Below are positions 1-9,938 of a DNA stretch of 64,000 nt, in pieces. The notes beneath the pieces were generated by a model. That model had not been told where the DNA came from and did no database searches. It saw only the letters and a program-made list of their open reading frames with translations. How positions within the stretch are numbered: position 1 is the first letter of the stretch; the number at the start of each line of letters is the position of its first letter. The translations under genes and the position numbers were made by a program. Origin of the DNA: a virus; the IMG/VR virus record IMGVR_UViG_3300046463_000164. One strand, given 5' to 3'.

Positions 1-499
1 GGTGATATACCGGGAAGGTTCCTGCAGCACCTTGGACAATATTCCAGCTATCAGGAACCTGAGCAAATCCGATCATTCTCATTGGTTCATAATCAGAACT
101 GAAGGTGACTCGACCGGATGCGTTGTAAACCGTCAAACCTACGTGAGCTGGCGTAATGTTAGGCGTTTGGTCATAAATATAATAAGTGAATGACATCGGC
201 GCAGGTTGGCCTGACGAATTAAACGTCAAGAAGCAAAAGGTGAAGTTGTTTCCCGATTGCAACGTGTAATAGAAGCTGACCAATTGGCCCTTGGTATCGA
301 TACAGATAACAGGGCTGGTTCCGGTGTATGATACGGTAGCAATGTATGATGCCGGATTGGGGTCAACGTTGTTTGAGACAGCCACATTTTGATAAGACGA
401 AGTGACCCAGCCTTTAGTTATGAGAGCCATATTCACATAGTTTTGGTCAATCTGGACGAATCCGTGATCACCAAACACTTGAAGTCCTGCAGAAGACAT
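1..499 (-). CDS. Partial phage tail/virion beta-rich protein (runs off left edge)
   Basis: Translated by hand (absent from the ORF track): MSSAGLQVFGDHGFVQIDQNY...VGLTVYNASGRVTFSSDY, open to the window edge. AAGGAA RBS and a late-type TTAAATA at 533-539 (-). The repeated GLxVx..G..xF/IxS motif is typical of phage tail accessory proteins. Confidence 0.65.
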   Translation of the reverse strand, partial: MSSAGLQVFGDHGFVQIDQNYVNMALITKGWVTSSYQNVAVSNNVDPNPASYIATVSYTGTSPVICIDTKGQLVSFYYTLQSGNNFTFCFLTFNSSGQPAPMSFTYYIYDQTPNITPAHVGLTVYNASGRVTFSSDYEPMRMIGFAQVPDSWNIVQGAAGTFPVYH

Positions 500-551
500 A
501 GTATTTCCTTTTGTTTGAAACGGTAGTAAAAATATTTAATGGAGTAGGCAA

Positions 552-1013
552 ATGGTTAAGGTAGCATTTTTCAAAGGTCGTCACCCGTCGATTATCGATA
601 ACATCGGGTCAGACTTGGTTCGTTGGTGGACAAACGGACCATATTCACACGTTGAGATAATCACCAAAACTAATGATCAAGGACAAAGCTATACCTTGTC
701 GGCAGTTCTGAAAGCAAACGCGGTGCGTGGAGTTTGGCAGACTCTAGTGGATTCTGACTGGGACTTCGTTGAGTTGGATATTGATCCTGCTGTAGTAGAG
801 TCTTGGTTTGATGATAAGATTAAACAGGGTTGTAAATATGATCTGTTGGGTCTGATCGGTTTTGTCCTAAGACGCAATCAATATAGCAAGAATAAATACT
901 TTTGTTCAGAGACCGTTGCGGATTCTGTCGGTGTAGCTGAAGGATGGCGCTATGACCCGAACGCTCTCAAACCAATTATTGATAAACTTTCTACCTATAA
1001 CAAGGGAACCTAA
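552..1013 (+). CDS. Permuted papain-like (NlpC/P60, YiiX-like) amidase/peptidase
   Basis: N-terminal YSHVE and C-terminal YFCSE, with His before Cys as in the permuted fold; KYDLLG motif. Confidence 0.65.
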   Translation: MVKVAFFKGRHPSIIDNIGSDLVRWWTNGPYSHVEIITKTNDQGQSYTLSAVLKANAVRGVWQTLVDSDWDFVELDIDPAVVESWFDDKIKQGCKYDLLGLIGFVLRRNQYSKNKYFCSETVADSVGVAEGWRYDPNALKPIIDKLSTYNKGT

Positions 1014-1014
1014 T

Positions 1015-1389
1015 ATGTCACGTTTTACTCCTATTGATGCTGCCGATAAGGAAGCAATGAAGACTCGCGCACTAGCTCTAAAGCCCCGCGCATTGAATGT
1101 TGTTGCTTCTGCACAAGGTTGGTCGCAAGTTCGTCCTAATGGCTCCCTAGAATTGCTAGTATCGTATCGCGGTCTAGATGAATTGCTAGGTGATGCTACA
1201 AGCGATCAAGATTCATCTGCCGAGCCAGTTGAAGTCGCCGCAGAAGAAGTAGCGGTTGAAGATACCGTTGCGGATGCTGCTCCTGAGCCTGCTGCAGCCC
1301 CTAAGAAGGCTGGACGCCCGAAGCGGGTAGCGGAGCCAGTCGCAGTGGAAGCGGACGCTCCTGCTGAGTCTAAAGAGGCGGCTGAATAA
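1015..1389 (+). CDS. Hypothetical protein with acidic Ala/Pro-rich tail
   Basis: ATG at 1015 after AAGGGA; low-complexity C-terminus. Confidence 0.6.
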   Translation: MSRFTPIDAADKEAMKTRALALKPRALNVVASAQGWSQVRPNGSLELLVSYRGLDELLGDATSDQDSSAEPVEVAAEEVAVEDTVADAAPEPAAAPKKAGRPKRVAEPVAVEADAPAESKEAAE

Positions 1390-1757
1390 TGAAGACTGTT
1401 CAAGACTTCCTTCAGAAGTTAGTTGAAGATGCTGCCGGTGGTGATGGCGGTGAAGAAACATCAACTAATAACGTAAGCTCAGGCAATGTAGCATTGGTCA
1501 CTCCGCCAATGGGCGCTGTTCAGAAGCGTAAAAATCCGGTATCAGAGGACGTTTCAAATTCTACTGAAACCGACAACGCATTGGCAGATACCGTAGGTCA
1601 AATTCCTCTAGGCACGGTTTATGCTGATGGTGCCAAGGGCAAGGTTGATCCTAACACCGGAGAAGAAGTTGCTGCCCCGGTTGAAGATGAATGCTTAGTT
1701 ACGCGATTCATGCGACTACAACAATACCAAAACGATCAGATGATCAGCTATGCATAA
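1389..1757 (+). CDS. Hypothetical acidic protein (possibly virion-internal)
   Basis: Coupled ORF (TAATG) ending just before a terminator. Confidence 0.55.
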   Translation: MKTVQDFLQKLVEDAAGGDGGEETSTNNVSSGNVALVTPPMGAVQKRKNPVSEDVSNSTETDNALADTVGQIPLGTVYADGAKGKVDPNTGEEVAAPVEDECLVTRFMRLQQYQNDQMISYA

Positions 1758-1760
1758 AAG

Positions 1761-1790
1761 AATCCTCCAGAGAAATCTGGAGGATTTTTC
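1761..1790 (+). terminator. Rho-independent terminator
   Basis: ATCCTCCAGA-GAAA-TCTGGAGGAT followed by a T run. Confidence 0.8.
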
Positions 1791-1819
1791 TTTACTTTAC
1801 ATACTATCCCCGCTATAAT
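1791..1819 (+). promoter_or_regulatory. Early sigma70-type promoter
   Basis: TTTACT-N17-TATAAT upstream of the polymerase gene; the motif recurs throughout the window. Confidence 0.75.
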
Positions 1820-1864
1820 ATCGGTGAACCCTGTAGGAGTTAACGTTGTTTAATATGGAGAAAT

Positions 1865-4606
1865 ATGTCCGATAATTTTTACACGAACATCGATGTTCGT
1901 GGTAGCAAGATTTTTCTGCGCTATTTTGAAGATGATAAGCATAAGTCTGAGATCATCGAATTTGCGCCTGAGTTGTATATCCGCACTAATGATGCCGCCA
2001 AAGCCGACGCAATGTCGATGCACGATGAACCACTAGAGGCGGTTCAATTCTCTGATAGTAAGGAAATGAGAAGCTTCATCGAATCTTACAAAGATATCGA
2101 TGGTTTCGCCGTTTATGGTACTGAGAGTATCATGAATCAGTTCGTCTCCAAAGTTTATCCTGGTGAGATTAAGTATGATGGTGCAAAGATTAAGGGAGCG
2201 ATTGTCGACATTGAAACCTTTTCTGGAGATATTGAGGTTCTTCCTGACGGTACGATTGCGCCCATCGATGGTCCGTTTCCTAAGCCAGAAGAAGCAGCGC
2301 ACCCGATCAATCTGATCACACTGTATCATACGGTAGAGAAGAAGTATTACGTTTGGGGTCTGGAGTATTTCAAGGGCCAGTTCATCGGAACCTATAAACA
2401 CAATCCGGCTCATCCCCGCGTAGGTAAGCTGAACGTTGAGTATCGCGGGTTCCGTGAGGAATTCGATATGCTGAACGACTTCGTGGGACTATGGCAACAG
2501 AAGGCTTTCAACTTCTGGAGCGGCTGGTATATTGAGGGCTTTGATAATCCGTATCTGACGAACCGTATTGAGAAGGTTTGCGGAGAGGCGATGAAGAAGA
2601 AACTCAGTCCGTGGAACATGGTTAACAAGAATTCGATTAAGACTGGTTGGGGTGAAGAACAAACCGTCTATGAATTCTTCGGAACCCAGATGCTCGACTA
2701 CAAGCAATTGTTCGAGAAGCACGGCTATATGAATCCGGATGACACAAAGCTGGATACGGTTGCTCGTTTGATTCTGGGCGAAGGTAAGGTTGATTACGCG
2801 GATGAAGGTAATCTGAACACGTTGTATATTCGGAATTATCAGAAGGCTGTAGAATACAACTTGGTTGACGTCGATCTGATCGTTATGATGAACGCCAAGA
2901 AACGATTCTTCGAGTTGACGTACATTCTGGCATATCTATGTAAGGCGAATTATCAGGATACGCTTGGAACAGTGCGTCCGTGGTCGTCGCTGACGTATTC
3001 GATGCTGGTGAATCGCGGTCAACGTCCTAAGATCAAATCAGTCTATGAAGGTGATACGCAGTTTGGCGGTGGGTTCGTCCGGGAAATTAAGGGTGGCCGA
3101 TTCAAGTGGGTCGTATCTTGTGACTTGAATAGTCTATATCCTCACTTGATTCAGCAGTACAATCTCGGAGCGGAAACGATTGTTGAACCTGAAGATTTGC
3201 CGGTAGAGGTTCGGAATATTCCTAACTTCACACTAGATGATCTGGTCAACAAGCGAGTCGATCTGTCGGCGCTGAAGAAGTATAACTTGTGTATGACGGC
3301 GAATCGTGCTTTCTTCCGTCGAGGCAAGAAGTCTATCTTCAATGAAAAGACGCGGGAGATTTATGATTCTCGTAAGAAGGTTAAGAAGCAAATGCTTGCC
3401 TTCGAACAAGAGGAAGTGAATCTGAATGCTAAGATTGGCGACCGTGAGCCGACTCCTGAAGAAATGATGGTGTTGGAAGAACTAGCGATCAAAATCTCGA
3501 CATATGATGTTCATCAACACTCGTTGAAGATTCTGATGAACTCTCTGTTTGGAGCGATCGGCAATAAGTGGTTCCGTGAGTTCTTCGATATTCGGGTTGC
3601 GGAAGGTATCACGTTGTCTGGTAAGCTGTCGATTCTGTGGATCGCCCGTAAGCTAGACGAGTATATGAACAAGGTTCTGAAGTTGGGTGAAGTTGAGCAT
3701 AAGATTCACCACACTAACCGTCCGGCAGCTACAACCCTGGAAGTCGTAAGCGGTCACAACTTCGCAATCTATCAGGATACTGACTCGTGCTATCTGGATA
3801 TGTCTAAGCTGGTAGACAAGTTGTTTACTGAAGAACAGCAAAAGACCGAAGTTGAGAAGATTGTTAACTTCCTGGATAAGTTGTTCTCGGATAAGATTGA
3901 ACCTTATATCGACAGTTGCTATCAAGAACTGGCGGAGTATGTCAACGCGGACGATCAGCGTATGTTCATGAAGCGAGAAGTTATTGCGACTTCGGCAATC
4001 TGGTCTGCGAAGAAACGTTACACTATGTTGGTGGCCGACTCTGAAGGCGTTCGTTACTTCCCTGATCTGTATCATAAGACGGTTGGTCTAGATGCAGTTA
4101 AGGCGTCGTCTCCGAAGCATTGCCGGGACTGGATGTTGGAAGCATACAAGATTGCTCTTCAAGGAACCGAAGAAGAATTGCAAGACTTCTGCGCAGTGAA
4201 GAAGAAAGAGTTTATGTCTTTGCCGGTAGAACGGGTTGCAACTCCGTCGGGTGTGAATGGATTGGAGAAGTATTTCGATCCTGAAAACGTCTATACGAAG
4301 GGAGCACCGAAACACGTTAAAGCGGCTTTGTATCATAACTATATTATCCAGAAGAATAAGATTCCTGGCATAGCTAAGATTCAGTCTGGTGATAAGATTA
4401 AGTTTGTTGAGCTGAGACAGCCTAATCCTTATGGTTGCGAGTGTATCGCTTTCCAGGGTAAGTTGCCGCCAGAGTTTAAGTTGGAGAAGTATATCAACTA
4501 TGAGTCTAACTTCGAACGGTCGTTTACATCGTTGCTGGATAATCTGTTGAAATCTATTAATTGGAGTTCTACTCGTCAAGCATCTGTAATGGACTGGTTT
4601 AGCTAA
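1865..4606 (+). CDS. 43: Family B DNA polymerase (T4 gp43-like)
   Basis: Exo I DIET, Exo II GFDNPY, motif A DLNSLYP, motif B KILMNSLFG, motif C YQDTDS, KKRY. Confidence 0.97.
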   Translation: MSDNFYTNIDVRGSKIFLRYFEDDKHKSEIIEFAPELYIRTNDAAKADAMSMHDEPLEAVQFSDSKEMRSFIESYKDIDGFAVYGTESIMNQFVSKVYPGEIKYDGAKIKGAIVDIETFSGDIEVLPDGTIAPIDGPFPKPEEAAHPINLITLYHTVEKKYYVWGLEYFKGQFIGTYKHNPAHPRVGKLNVEYRGFREEFDMLNDFVGLWQQKAFNFWSGWYIEGFDNPYLTNRIEKVCGEAMKKKLSPWNMVNKNSIKTGWGEEQTVYEFFGTQMLDYKQLFEKHGYMNPDDTKLDTVARLILGEGKVDYADEGNLNTLYIRNYQKAVEYNLVDVDLIVMMNAKKRFFELTYILAYLCKANYQDTLGTVRPWSSLTYSMLVNRGQRPKIKSVYEGDTQFGGGFVREIKGGRFKWVVSCDLNSLYPHLIQQYNLGAETIVEPEDLPVEVRNIPNFTLDDLVNKRVDLSALKKYNLCMTANRAFFRRGKKSIFNEKTREIYDSRKKVKKQMLAFEQEEVNLNAKIGDREPTPEEMMVLEELAIKISTYDVHQHSLKILMNSLFGAIGNKWFREFFDIRVAEGITLSGKLSILWIARKLDEYMNKVLKLGEVEHKIHHTNRPAATTLEVVSGHNFAIYQDTDSCYLDMSKLVDKLFTEEQQKTEVEKIVNFLDKLFSDKIEPYIDSCYQELAEYVNADDQRMFMKREVIATSAIWSAKKRYTMLVADSEGVRYFPDLYHKTVGLDAVKASSPKHCRDWMLEAYKIALQGTEEELQDFCAVKKKEFMSLPVERVATPSGVNGLEKYFDPENVYTKGAPKHVKAALYHNYIIQKNKIPGIAKIQSGDKIKFVELRQPNPYGCECIAFQGKLPPEFKLEKYINYESNFERSFTSLLDNLLKSINWSSTRQASVMDWFS

Positions 4607-4612
4607 TCATAT

Positions 4613-4671
4613 GGCCCCTCAGTATATTCATACTGAGGGGCTTTACTTCGTCCGACTTTACATAGTATAAT
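4613..4671 (+). promoter_or_regulatory. Terminator hairpin overlapping an early promoter
   Basis: GCCCCTCAGTA...TACTGAGGGGC hairpin; TTTACT(4642)-N18-TATAAT(4666). Confidence 0.6.
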
Positions 4672-4694
4672 TTCGTACCTTAACTAAGAATGGA

Positions 4695-5240
4695 ATGGAT
4701 TCGGAAATGGAAACGGTTACCAAAGTTGATTTGCGTGATTTGTTTGAACTGTCGGCCGAACACCGGCAGTTGCTTGAGCGTGCTCAAATGTATGATTGGT
4801 GGTATGATCGCTGTGCATCGTTTGATGAAATGTTTTCTCTTTCTGAATTCAAGTCTAAGTACGATGCTGGTGATATCGGCAACTTTGTGTATTATCGTCC
4901 GCTGGATATCGTCTTTTCGACGCTGCGCCCGGCAGACCACGCCGACTTTATGTCGGGTATCTATTCTCTGCATCATCTGAAGCGAGGTATCTTGCCTATC
5001 GTTTTGGATTTCGATGAATATGAAGAAGAACGTCTGAGCCGGTACATGAACCGCCTGTTCTGCTCGAATTGGGATGGTCAGGATAACTTCCTGATCGAGG
5101 GTCTGGGCGCATATCAATCATCCTGTAACCGTAGCGTTTCCTATCATAGGAATTATCAACTCACAGCGCAAGAAAAGATTGTGTTTGCTGCGCTGGAACA
5201 TGAAGTATTCAACTGGGGTATGTCTGATGACAACAACTAA
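4695..5240 (+). CDS. Hypothetical protein
   Basis: 181-aa ORF directly after the promoter. Confidence 0.6.
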   Translation: MDSEMETVTKVDLRDLFELSAEHRQLLERAQMYDWWYDRCASFDEMFSLSEFKSKYDAGDIGNFVYYRPLDIVFSTLRPADHADFMSGIYSLHHLKRGILPIVLDFDEYEEERLSRYMNRLFCSNWDGQDNFLIEGLGAYQSSCNRSVSYHRNYQLTAQEKIVFAALEHEVFNWGMSDDNN

Positions 5241-5460
5241 TATGGAAGTGAAGGTGGTTGAAGATGCCGACTTGATCGATTTCGGCCAACTTGAATATGG
5301 GCAGGCTTTTAAGTTTGGTCATGAGATTTTTATCAAGTTCAACAATACGTTTGATTCCAGGGGTGATCTGAATGCGGTACAGATCGGGAAAGCAAATCGA
5401 ATTTGGATCAACAGTCACATCAAGGTTAAGCCGGTTAAATCTATTGTGATTAACCTGTAA
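5221..5460 (+). CDS. Hypothetical protein (start uncertain)
   Basis: Fills the gap before the topoisomerase; in frame with track ORF 5179..5460. Confidence 0.5.
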   Translation, partial: CLMTTTNMEVKVVEDADLIDFGQLEYGQAFKFGHEIFIKFNNTFDSRGDLNAVQIGKANRIWINSHIKVKPVKSIVINL

Positions 5461-5468
5461 GGAAGCAA

Positions 5469-7319
5469 ATGAGCGAAGTAGATTTGAGCAAGTTTAAACT
5501 GCTCGATGAGTTGGATATGATATTACTCAGACCTGACACGTTTGTTGGGGCTCTGGAAGCAAAGACGATCAACTCATATATTTTCAAAGATAACGGCGCT
5601 GACCCGGTTTTCCGGGACATCACCTATAGTCCGGCACTCTGGAAAATCTTCGATGAGATTATTCAGAACTGTTATGATCATCACAAGCGCCCAGAAGGCA
5701 AGACGTTGACTAAGGTTGACGTCACGATAAATCCGATTACCGGTATGATTTCGGTTAAGGATAACGCGGGCATTCCTGTAGCAAAACACCCCGAGCATGA
5801 TCTGTATATTCCTTGTATGATCTTCGGGATGCTTCGCTCCAGTAGCAACTATGACGATACGGAGCAGCGTGAAGGTGGTGGTCGTAATGGTCTTGGTTCG
5901 AAGCTGACCAACATCTTCTCGACGTTCTTCAAGGTTGAAACCTGCGACGGTAAGAACCGTTATGAAAAGACGTATGAGAATAATCGTCGTCAAGAATCAG
6001 TTCCTAGTATTAGCAAGGGTGTGACGAAGGGCACGACAATTACGTTCGTACCGGATTATGAGCGCCTTGGTTGTACTCTGGATGAAGACAACTACGGTAT
6101 GTTGGTTACGCGGATTTATGAAATTGCCGCGTGCCTTCCCGGAGTTGATGTTACGCTGAACGGCAAGAAGATTGATGTGAAAGGCTTCCAGAAATTCGTT
6201 GGGAAGTTTGGTGATGGGCTGTATACGGAAAACTCGCACTGGCGTGTCGGCGTTTTGGGTTCCGGTTCAGATGGCTTCAAGCACATCAGCTTCTGTAACG
6301 CTACGCACACTTGGTTGGGAGGTACTCACGTAGACTACCTGGCCGAACAGCTGGCGTATGGAGTTCGGGATTACATCAAGAAGAAAACGAAGCAAGACTT
6401 AAAACCTTCAGACATTAAGAATCATTTCTTCTTGATGGTTGACTGTACGGTCTACAATCCGAAGTTTTCGTCTCAGACGAAAGAGCACATGAACCTTGCA
6501 ATTAAGGATTATGGCACGACGTTTAAGTTTGATGATGCATTCTTCAAGAAGCTGATTAAGTCTCCGATTATCCAAGAGATTGTGGAGTGGGCGATTAATC
6601 GCAAGAAGCTCCAGGATATGGCGGACCTGAAGAGGCTGAGTAAGGATGCAGCTAAGACTTCACCTAAGACAATCGACAAGTACGAACCCGCTTCGCAAAA
6701 GACGAATCGTGAGGAATGTATCTTGTTCGTTTGTGAGGGAGACTCGGCAGCAAATCCGCTTATCTCCGCCCGTGATCCGAAGAAACACGGCGTGTTCGCC
6801 CTACGCGGTAAGCCTCTGAATATGGGTAACGCCAAGATCGATGCTATCAAGGCGAACGTTGAGATCAAGAACCTAATGGCTGCGGTGGGTCTGGAGTTTA
6901 ACACCAAGGCCGAAGATTTGCGGTACGGTAAGATTGTTCTTGCTACAGATGCCGATATGGATGGTATGCACATTCGCGCTCTGGCAATCAATAATTTTTA
7001 TCATAAATGGCCAGAACTTCTACGCGAAAATAAGATATACTATCTGCGGACCCCTATCGTGCGAGTAAAGATGGGAAAGACTAAGTATGAGTTCTTCTCT
7101 GAGGACGAATATCATACTTGGAGTGCGAAGCAGACAGGTAAGATGGAAGTCAAATTCCTTAAGGGGCTGGGCGGTAACTCTACTGAGGACTTTAAGAAGT
7201 ATATGTTTGACGAACAGTATCTTGTTCCGATTACACTTGAAGACGAGGAAGACATCCGGCTGTTGACGATGGCTTTCGGTGATCCAGACGACAAAAAGGT
7301 ATGGTTGAATCTTGAATAA
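5469..7319 (+). CDS. 39: Type II topoisomerase large subunit (gp39+gp60 in one ORF)
   Basis: LLRPDTFVG, EIIQN, SSNYDD, GGRNGLGSKLTNIFS (GHKL ATPase); EGDSA, LRGK, DADMDG, KGLG (TOPRIM). Confidence 0.95.
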   Translation: MSEVDLSKFKLLDELDMILLRPDTFVGALEAKTINSYIFKDNGADPVFRDITYSPALWKIFDEIIQNCYDHHKRPEGKTLTKVDVTINPITGMISVKDNAGIPVAKHPEHDLYIPCMIFGMLRSSSNYDDTEQREGGGRNGLGSKLTNIFSTFFKVETCDGKNRYEKTYENNRRQESVPSISKGVTKGTTITFVPDYERLGCTLDEDNYGMLVTRIYEIAACLPGVDVTLNGKKIDVKGFQKFVGKFGDGLYTENSHWRVGVLGSGSDGFKHISFCNATHTWLGGTHVDYLAEQLAYGVRDYIKKKTKQDLKPSDIKNHFFLMVDCTVYNPKFSSQTKEHMNLAIKDYGTTFKFDDAFFKKLIKSPIIQEIVEWAINRKKLQDMADLKRLSKDAAKTSPKTIDKYEPASQKTNREECILFVCEGDSAANPLISARDPKKHGVFALRGKPLNMGNAKIDAIKANVEIKNLMAAVGLEFNTKAEDLRYGKIVLATDADMDGMHIRALAINNFYHKWPELLRENKIYYLRTPIVRVKMGKTKYEFFSEDEYHTWSAKQTGKMEVKFLKGLGGNSTEDFKKYMFDEQYLVPITLEDEEDIRLLTMAFGDPDDKKVWLNLE

Positions 7320-7524
7320 TATTCGCAAGGAAATGGACGCATTGAAGATGGCCACGAGTCGCATTTATAGTGAGATTCGTAATCTTCAAAAGATCTGTAA
7401 GCATGTTAACGCTGAGAAGATTCCAAACTCAGATACAGGCAACTGGGATCGCGGACAGGATAGCTATTGGTATGATTGCTCTTGTCCCGATTGTGACAAG
7501 AGGTGGATGGAAGATCAGAAATGA
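7312..7524 (+). CDS. Small Cys-containing (Zn-ribbon-like) protein
   Basis: CKH...CPDC; overlaps both flanking genes. Confidence 0.55.
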   Translation: MNNIRKEMDALKMATSRIYSEIRNLQKICKHVNAEKIPNSDTGNWDRGQDSYWYDCSCPDCDKRWMEDQK

Positions 7525-8870
7525 AGATTGCAGATTTTATTGATAGTCAGTTTCGTGAGTATGCAAACTACGACAACGAGCGTAGCTTACCTCATATCAT
7601 GGACGGGCTGAAGACGACGCAACGTAAGGTTCTGAGCGCGTTCGTGGAGCATATTGGCTATTCGACTATCGTTTGTGATAAGGCCGGTATGCGAGCGGCT
7701 GACGTGACGAAGTATAAGCACGGCGCAACTTCGATGATCGGCGTATTGATCAACATGAACCAGGATTTTCCTGGTTCGAACAATATGCCTCTCTTTGAGA
7801 AGGAAGGTCAGTTCGGCACCCGCTTGAATCATAAGGCGTCGTCTGAGCGGTATATTTCTACCAAGCTTGGCGATACTTTCAAGAAGATGTTCGATCCTGA
7901 GGACAACTTCATCTTGGAAGAGCAGTTCGATGATGGTGATCGGATTGAGCCGCGTTTCTATATCCCGAAGCTGCCTATGCTGCTTATAAACGGCTCGGAT
8001 GGTACGGGTAATGGGTATGCCTCTACGGTCCTGCAGTACGATGCTAAGGACGTTAAAACGGCTGTAGAAGAGGTTCTAAAGACCGGTGTTGTGCAGACCC
8101 CGCTGACGCCGTTCCTTAAGGGTTACTATGGAGCGATCTCAAAGGATCATGCTAGTGGTCAGGTTGTGTTCGAAGGTCAGATTGAACGAGTCGGCGCAAA
8201 TAAGATCATCATTCACGAGTTGACCCCGAATCGTCAGCTTGCTGATTATAAGGCGATTCTGAATGCTCTGGTTATCGACAAGACAGGTCCGAATAAGGAT
8301 TTGCCTCCGTTCATCAAGGACTACGACAACGAATCGACTGAGGACGAATGGAAGTTTGTTCTTGACGTTCCGCGTAGTACGATGCAACTGTCTGATGAGG
8401 AACTGTTGGTGAAGCTCAAGCTGATCGAACGACAAACCGAAAATCTGACGGTTTGGTTGCCGAGCGGAAAGCTGAAGCGGTTCTCTAGCGTTGAGATGTT
8501 GATTCAAGAGTGGGTCGAACTTCGCTTGCGTTATTACGAAGTGCGCCGCCTAGATCAGATCGAACGTCTGAAGGTGGAATTGGATTGGTTGAATACAAAA
8601 GCCGCTTTCATCCGCTGGTGGAATAAGAATTCATCAGAGCTTGTAACTCTGAAGAAAGACGCCCTGAGGACTGCTATTGTAGTCCACGTAACTAAGAATG
8701 AGGATCAAATTGCTCTTTTACTTAACATTAGAATTAGCAACTTGGGGCTTGAAGAAGTGGAAGCTCTCACAAAGGAAATCGAGAAGGTAGAAGTTAAGGT
8801 CAAGACTCTGGAATCAACGACAAATAAGAAGATGATGTCGTCAGAGGTTAAGGCTCTGAAACTGGATTAA
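7521..8870 (+). CDS. 52: Type II topoisomerase medium subunit (gp52)
   Basis: RSLPHIMDGLKTTQRK, YKHG, GQFG, catalytic ERY, LPMLLINGSDGTGNG. Confidence 0.95.
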   Translation: MKIADFIDSQFREYANYDNERSLPHIMDGLKTTQRKVLSAFVEHIGYSTIVCDKAGMRAADVTKYKHGATSMIGVLINMNQDFPGSNNMPLFEKEGQFGTRLNHKASSERYISTKLGDTFKKMFDPEDNFILEEQFDDGDRIEPRFYIPKLPMLLINGSDGTGNGYASTVLQYDAKDVKTAVEEVLKTGVVQTPLTPFLKGYYGAISKDHASGQVVFEGQIERVGANKIIIHELTPNRQLADYKAILNALVIDKTGPNKDLPPFIKDYDNESTEDEWKFVLDVPRSTMQLSDEELLVKLKLIERQTENLTVWLPSGKLKRFSSVEMLIQEWVELRLRYYEVRRLDQIERLKVELDWLNTKAAFIRWWNKNSSELVTLKKDALRTAIVVHVTKNEDQIALLLNIRISNLGLEEVEALTKEIEKVEVKVKTLESTTNKKMMSSEVKALKLD

Positions 8871-8875
8871 AAGCA

Positions 8876-8904
8876 TAGACGAAAGCACATAGTAGGCGTA
8901 TAAT
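8876..8904 (+). promoter_or_regulatory. Sigma70-type promoter of the clamp operon
   Basis: TAGACG-N17-TATAAT. Confidence 0.65.
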
Positions 8905-8940
8905 ACTTTTACTATGTGCAGTACCTAACCGGAAATAGAA

Positions 8941-9162
8941 ATGGCAGATTTCAGTTCGATGCGCCCTAAACGTCAAGTGCCGCAGAAAGCAAATGTAAGG
9001 AAGTTTGTGTCCATTACACCGATGGTGGATGAGGATGGTAGCTATCTCGTCTTGCGTCGGTATAAGGAAAAAGAGAAAGTTGGCGAAGCTGTCCTTCATA
9101 TCGAGAAGGGCAACACGCCATCCGCAGTTCGTGAACAAGTTGAAGAATTTCGAAACCTTTAA
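8941..9162 (+). CDS. Hypothetical protein upstream of the sliding clamp
   Basis: 73-aa ORF between the promoter and gp45. Confidence 0.55.
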   Translation: MADFSSMRPKRQVPQKANVRKFVSITPMVDEDGSYLVLRRYKEKEKVGEAVLHIEKGNTPSAVREQVEEFRNL

Positions 9163-9175
9163 GGAAACCCCTAAG

Positions 9176-9859
9176 ATGTCTAAAGTTGTTAAGTTGTCGG
9201 CAGAAACTCTGCAAGTGTTGAAGATTGCATCTGGTATTAACAAGTCGCTGGCCTTCAAGGCGGGCAACGAGATCAAGACGGTTTCGGCAACCGGTTCGAT
9301 CGTCATGGAAGCAACGATCACTGAAACCTTCCCGGCTGACTTTGCGGTCTATGAACTGCCGAAGCTGCTTGGTGTTCTGGCGCTGCCGTCGTTCAAGGAT
9401 GCTGAGCTGGTGTTTGAAGACGGCGTTGATACGCATATGATCATCAAGGCCGGTTCGTCCAAGATCAAGTATTTCTACACCCCTGAAGACTTCGCCAAGC
9501 ATCCGGGCAAGTCTATCGTTCTGCCGAAGGTTGACGTTGAAGTCAATCTCCAGAAGGATACGCTGGAAGCATTCGAGAAGGCAGCTGCCGCTCTGGGCCA
9601 CAAGTTCATGAAGTTCGCCGTGAAGGACAAGGAATTGTTCCTGGTCGCGACGACTCCTGAACTGGATACGTCCAACGACTATATTGTCGATATGGGTGCT
9701 CAAGATTCGGACGACTTCGAAGCGATGGTGAAGCTCGAAAATCTGAAGCTGGTGCCGGGCGATTTCAACGTCCAACTCCTGAAGATGGGTGGCCGTGGTA
9801 TTAGTAAGTGGTCGCATCTGACCCGTAAAATTAACACGTTCATCGGTCTGGAGCTGTAA
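9176..9859 (+). CDS. 45: Sliding clamp (gp45)
   Basis: KLSAETLQVLKIASGINKS, FAVYELPKLLGVL, LKLVPGDF; AAGGA RBS; precedes gp44. Confidence 0.9.
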   Translation: MSKVVKLSAETLQVLKIASGINKSLAFKAGNEIKTVSATGSIVMEATITETFPADFAVYELPKLLGVLALPSFKDAELVFEDGVDTHMIIKAGSSKIKYFYTPEDFAKHPGKSIVLPKVDVEVNLQKDTLEAFEKAAAALGHKFMKFAVKDKELFLVATTPELDTSNDYIVDMGAQDSDDFEAMVKLENLKLVPGDFNVQLLKMGGRGISKWSHLTRKINTFIGLEL

Positions 9860-9938
9860 GTAGAAATGAGGGGCGCAAGCCCCTCTCTGTATTATGACCC
9901 TGAACCGGGTTGATTAACCAACAAACCGAAACTATACA

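Noticed and set aside
1865-4606. Intein or intron in the DNA polymerase
   Set aside because: The length is normal (913 aa) with only short insertions and no splicing motifs.
5469-7319. T4 gene 60-type translational bypass or split topoisomerase
   Set aside because: The ATPase and TOPRIM motifs are in one continuous ORF.
9014-9817. Long antisense ORFs (also 17016-17837, 39166-39897, 46195-47001, 48157-48975 and others)
   Set aside because: They are shadows of well-supported genes on the other strand, with no RBS or recognisable motifs.
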